From Rhodobacter sp. (lineage in GTDB: Bacteria; Pseudomonadota; Alphaproteobacteria; Rhodobacterales; Rhodobacteraceae), in NCBI GenBank assembly GCA_041627895.1, contig JBFKQC010000079.1, forward strand, positions 1 through 17,566: a stretch of DNA of 17,566 nt, in the 5' to 3' direction. Of the stretch, positions 15,303-17,566 are shown piece after piece. The notes under the pieces are model-generated. The model saw nothing but the letters and a program-made list of their open reading frames with translations. It ran no database searches and was not told the DNA's origin. The position numbers and the translations under genes are program-made. Within the stretch, counting starts at the first letter, position 1; every line of letters starts with the position of its first letter.

Positions 15303-15827
15303 TTACCCGGAACTGCCGCTGCCCTTGCCGCTGTTGTCATCCTCCTCGTCGTCTTCCTCGTCGTCTTCCTCGTCGTCTTCCTCATCGTCCTCTTCGTCGT
15401 GGCCGCCGCCATGGCCGCGGTTATCGTCCTCCTCGTCCTCTTCGTCCTCCTCGTCATCCTCTTCGTCGTCTTCCTCGTCGTCCTCTTCGTCGTCCTCTTC
15501 GTCGTCCTCCAGGTCGTCGCCTTCATCGTCGAGGAAATCCCGGTTCCGTCGGTCGATCTCGATCCCGGTCCGGCCGATCTCGTCGGCCTCGGCGGCCTCG
15601 AATTCCTGCTTCAGGATCCGGCCGGTCGCCAGATCGAAGATCACCTCGATCTTGCGGTTGCCGCGCACCGCCTCGGCCTTCAACTGGGTCAGGCCCTCCT
15701 TGATCTCGATATACTCGTAGCCCTGGCTTTGCAGGTCGGCGATGACCCTGTCGGCAAAGCTCTGGGCAAGGCCGGCGCCGGCGGCGAGCGCGATTGCGGC
15801 GGTCGTGGCAAGGGCAATCTTCTTCAT
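15303..15827 (-). CDS. Secreted PepSY-domain protein with an extreme poly-Asp/Glu tail carrying an HGGGH insert and a Ser/Gly end
   Basis: RBS AGGAGA 7 nt upstream of the ATG at 15827. Signal peptide MKKIALATTAAIALAAGAGLA. PepSY-like core GYEYIEIKEGLTQLKAEAVRGNRKIEVIFDLATGRILKQE. The tail is about 80 residues of (EEDD)n...NRGHGGGH...(EEDD)n NSGKGSGSSG. Confidence 0.65.
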   Translation of the reverse strand: MKKIALATTAAIALAAGAGLAQSFADRVIADLQSQGYEYIEIKEGLTQLKAEAVRGNRKIEVIFDLATGRILKQEFEAAEADEIGRTGIEIDRRNRDFLDDEGDDLEDDEEDDEEDDEEDDEEDDEEDEEDEEDDNRGHGGGHDEEDDEEDDEEDDEEDDEEDDNSGKGSGSSG

Positions 15828-16035
15828 CGGTGATCTCCTGGTCCGGACGGCCCCGCCCGATGCAGGCCCGACGCCGCCAAGCCTGCCGCGTCGGGCCGCG
15901 CCGGGCCATTGGCCCCGGGTTTAGCCGCGGCAGGGCAAACCAAGGATGGACGGGAATAAACCCGGGTTTAGGACAGGATCCCCAGGCGGACACGCCCGGC
16001 AGCCAGGGCGCGTTCAGGGGGCGCGCAAACGAAAG

Positions 16036-16063
16036 GACCGGCCCGGATCGCTCCGGGCCGGCC
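16036..16063 (-). terminator. Rho-independent terminator of the SPFH gene
   Basis: Stem CCGGCCCGGA / TCCGGGCCGG with loop TCGC, beginning 6 nt after the stop codon. On the minus strand it is followed by CTTTCGTTTGCG. Confidence 0.55.
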
Positions 16064-16069
16064 CCGTTC

Positions 16070-17206
16070 TCAGTCGCGCAGCCGCACGACGTCGGTCAGA
16101 AGGCCCTCGGTCCCGTTGGTGACCGTCAGCCGCTCGACCTTGCCGGCGATGGCTTCAAGGGCTTCCAGCTCTTTCAGCCGCAGCATCACCGGGTTTTCCG
16201 CCATCACCTTCGCGGTGTTCAGAAGCGAACGCGTCGCGTTCGTTTCCTCGCGCCGGCGGATAACGTTCGCCTCGGCCGCCTTCTGCGCCTCGACGACCCG
16301 GTTCAGGATCTCGCGCATCTCGCCCGGCAGGATCACGTCCTTCAGGGCGATCTCCGCGACTTCGATCCCGATCTCCGCCATCTCGGCCCGGACCGCGTTC
16401 GCGGCCTCGGCGTCGACGGCGACCTTGTCGGCCAGCAGCGCATCCAGCGTCAGCGCCCCCAGCGTCTTGCGGAACGCCAGCTGCAGCGCGCGGTGCAGCG
16501 CCTCGACGTGGTCCTTGACCGCACGGGTCGCGCGGACCGGGTCGGTGACGCGGTAAACCGCGGCGATGTTGACCCGCAGCGTGACGCGGTCGCGGGTCAG
16601 GATCTCCTGCCCGGCCACGTCATGGGTCCGCCAGCGGGTGTCCACCAGCCTGACCTCGACCTTGCGGCCGACATCCCAGACCCAGTGCGCCCCCGGCCCC
16701 AGCGTGCCCGCCTCGGCGCCGTCGACCGTCATCAGGCCGACATGCGCCTCCGGCACCTCGGTGCGGACCATCGCCACCGTCCCCGGCGCGCGCTCCAGCC
16801 GCTTGGCCAGCGCCGCCGGAACCGCCAGCGTGCCCGTCAGGTCATGCGCCTCGGCCGTCCACGGCCCCGCCGCGGTCCAGTAGGTCGCCCGCGCCGCCGG
16901 GCGCAGCACCTCGTGAAGCCGCCCCTCGCGGTGCACGATGACCACCTCGTCCGGACCGGCCTCGATCCGGGTCAGGTGCCGTTCGGCGAGATCGGCATGA
17001 TCGCGCCACAGCGCGTCCTCGTAGGCGGACGTGAAACGGAGACGGTCCAGATCGTGCACCTCGCGCAGCGTGGTCCGGCGGTTCAGCCAGTAGACACCGG
17101 CGCCCAGGATCGTCTCGATCCGCCCCCGGCGCAGGACGAGCGCGCGCTCGCGCTCGGTCACGGTGATCCGGTCATGGCCGGTCAGGTATTCGATAAGCCG
17201 CATCAT
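16070..17206 (-). CDS. SPFH/Band-7 (slipin-like) family protein, apparently without an N-terminal TM helix and with an extra N-terminal partial SPFH-like segment
   Basis: RBS AAGGAGA upstream of ATGATG at 17206. The C-terminal half (TRDRVTLRVNIAAVYRVTDP...IEVAEIALKDVILPGEMREILNRVVEAQKAAEA...) fits the SPFH-domain pattern. N-terminal residues 10-60 (ERALVLRRGRIETILGAGVYWLNRRTTLREVHDLDRL) resemble the start of a second SPFH unit. Confidence 0.65.
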   Translation of the reverse strand: MMRLIEYLTGHDRITVTERERALVLRRGRIETILGAGVYWLNRRTTLREVHDLDRLRFTSAYEDALWRDHADLAERHLTRIEAGPDEVVIVHREGRLHEVLRPAARATYWTAAGPWTAEAHDLTGTLAVPAALAKRLERAPGTVAMVRTEVPEAHVGLMTVDGAEAGTLGPGAHWVWDVGRKVEVRLVDTRWRTHDVAGQEILTRDRVTLRVNIAAVYRVTDPVRATRAVKDHVEALHRALQLAFRKTLGALTLDALLADKVAVDAEAANAVRAEMAEIGIEVAEIALKDVILPGEMREILNRVVEAQKAAEANVIRRREETNATRSLLNTAKVMAENPVMLRLKELEALEAIAGKVERLTVTNGTEGLLTDVVRLRD

Positions 17207-17566
17207 GGTTGTCTCCTTTCATCGTCGTCCTATCGTCGTCGCACTGTGCGAACTCCGTTCGGTTGGCGTGCAATTCAGCCCGGACACAGATTCCCGCGTT
17301 CCGGATTGCACCTTGGTTTCAGTTGGTTGCACCCGGGCGGGTGACAGGTGTGACGCGCGGGCCCGATTGCCCGCACGGGGAATTGACAACCTGCGCCGCG
17401 GCGCAGGAAAGGGTGGGCCCGGAACCGCCCGTGCCATGCCCCTTGGCGGGGGCGCGGGGGAGCGGGCCTTTGGGGCCGCCCGGGCGGCGCGCGGGGCGCA
17501 TGTGCCCGTTGCGCGGCCCGGGGGCGCGTTCCGGCCGTCACCCCCGCCCCGGCCGCAGGCCAGAGC

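Noticed and set aside
14275-15720. 481-aa plus-strand ORF with long poly-Ser runs, together with ORFs 15399..15833 (+) and 15272..15526 (-)
   Set aside because: These are antisense or alternate-frame read-throughs of the GAC/GAG/TCC codon repeats that encode the PepSY acidic tails. They have no RBS and no signal or domain features, whereas the minus-strand frames carry RBSs, signal peptides and PepSY cores.
17383-17388. TTGACA hexamer near the window end as a promoter for a downstream plus-strand gene
   Set aside because: No acceptable -10 element 16-19 nt downstream (GGAAAG), and no gene is visible before the window ends, so it cannot be supported.
1-17566. Search for tRNA/rRNA genes, CRISPR arrays, IS or transposase, integrase and att-like repeats
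   Set aside because: No T-loop GGTTCGAATCC-type cores, no regularly spaced identical repeats with unique spacers, and no transposase- or integrase-like ORFs. Only the 15-bp array at 11585-11659, which has no spacers, and codon-level coding repeats are present.

Overview
GC-rich (~68-70%) chromosomal segment, most likely from an alphaproteobacterium of the Rhodobacterales or Rhizobiales type, judged from codon usage, the acidic-tailed L25/Ctc and the C-terminally extended Pth. No tRNA, rRNA, CRISPR or transposase signal was found. All gene calls rest on motif-level recognition of the translated ORFs; no database search was possible. Eighteen protein-coding genes are supported. In window order they are:
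- a 5'-truncated MoxR-like AAA+ ATPase followed by a secreted DUF1194 (vWA/MIDAS-like) protein;
- the Lhr-core DEXH helicase plus the PdeM phosphoesterase of the ligase-associated DNA-damage-response system, with no ligase or exonuclease in the window;
- a minus-strand pth-DUF2332-DUF2237 operon with an ATGA start/stop overlap;
- a 2.4 kb insert between pth and rplY that carries a divergent pair, a small secreted protein and a membrane-anchored winged-helix/TPR regulator;
- rplY, an MFS transporter, an FMN-dependent alpha-hydroxy-acid (L-lactate-type) dehydrogenase, and zupT;
- a co-oriented minus-strand block of SPFH/slipin, two tandem secreted PepSY-domain proteins with extreme poly-Asp/Glu plus Ser/Gly low-complexity tails, and a 2-TM membrane-anchored LuxR-type regulator.
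The last block looks like an uncharacterised envelope sensing or cation-binding module and is the top candidate for something new. It carries codon-unit tandem DNA repeats, a perfect 11-bp-arm palindrome between the two PepSY genes, and direct repeats in the upstream region. Several intrinsic terminators, palindromes and a 15-bp x5 tandem repeat are also recorded.
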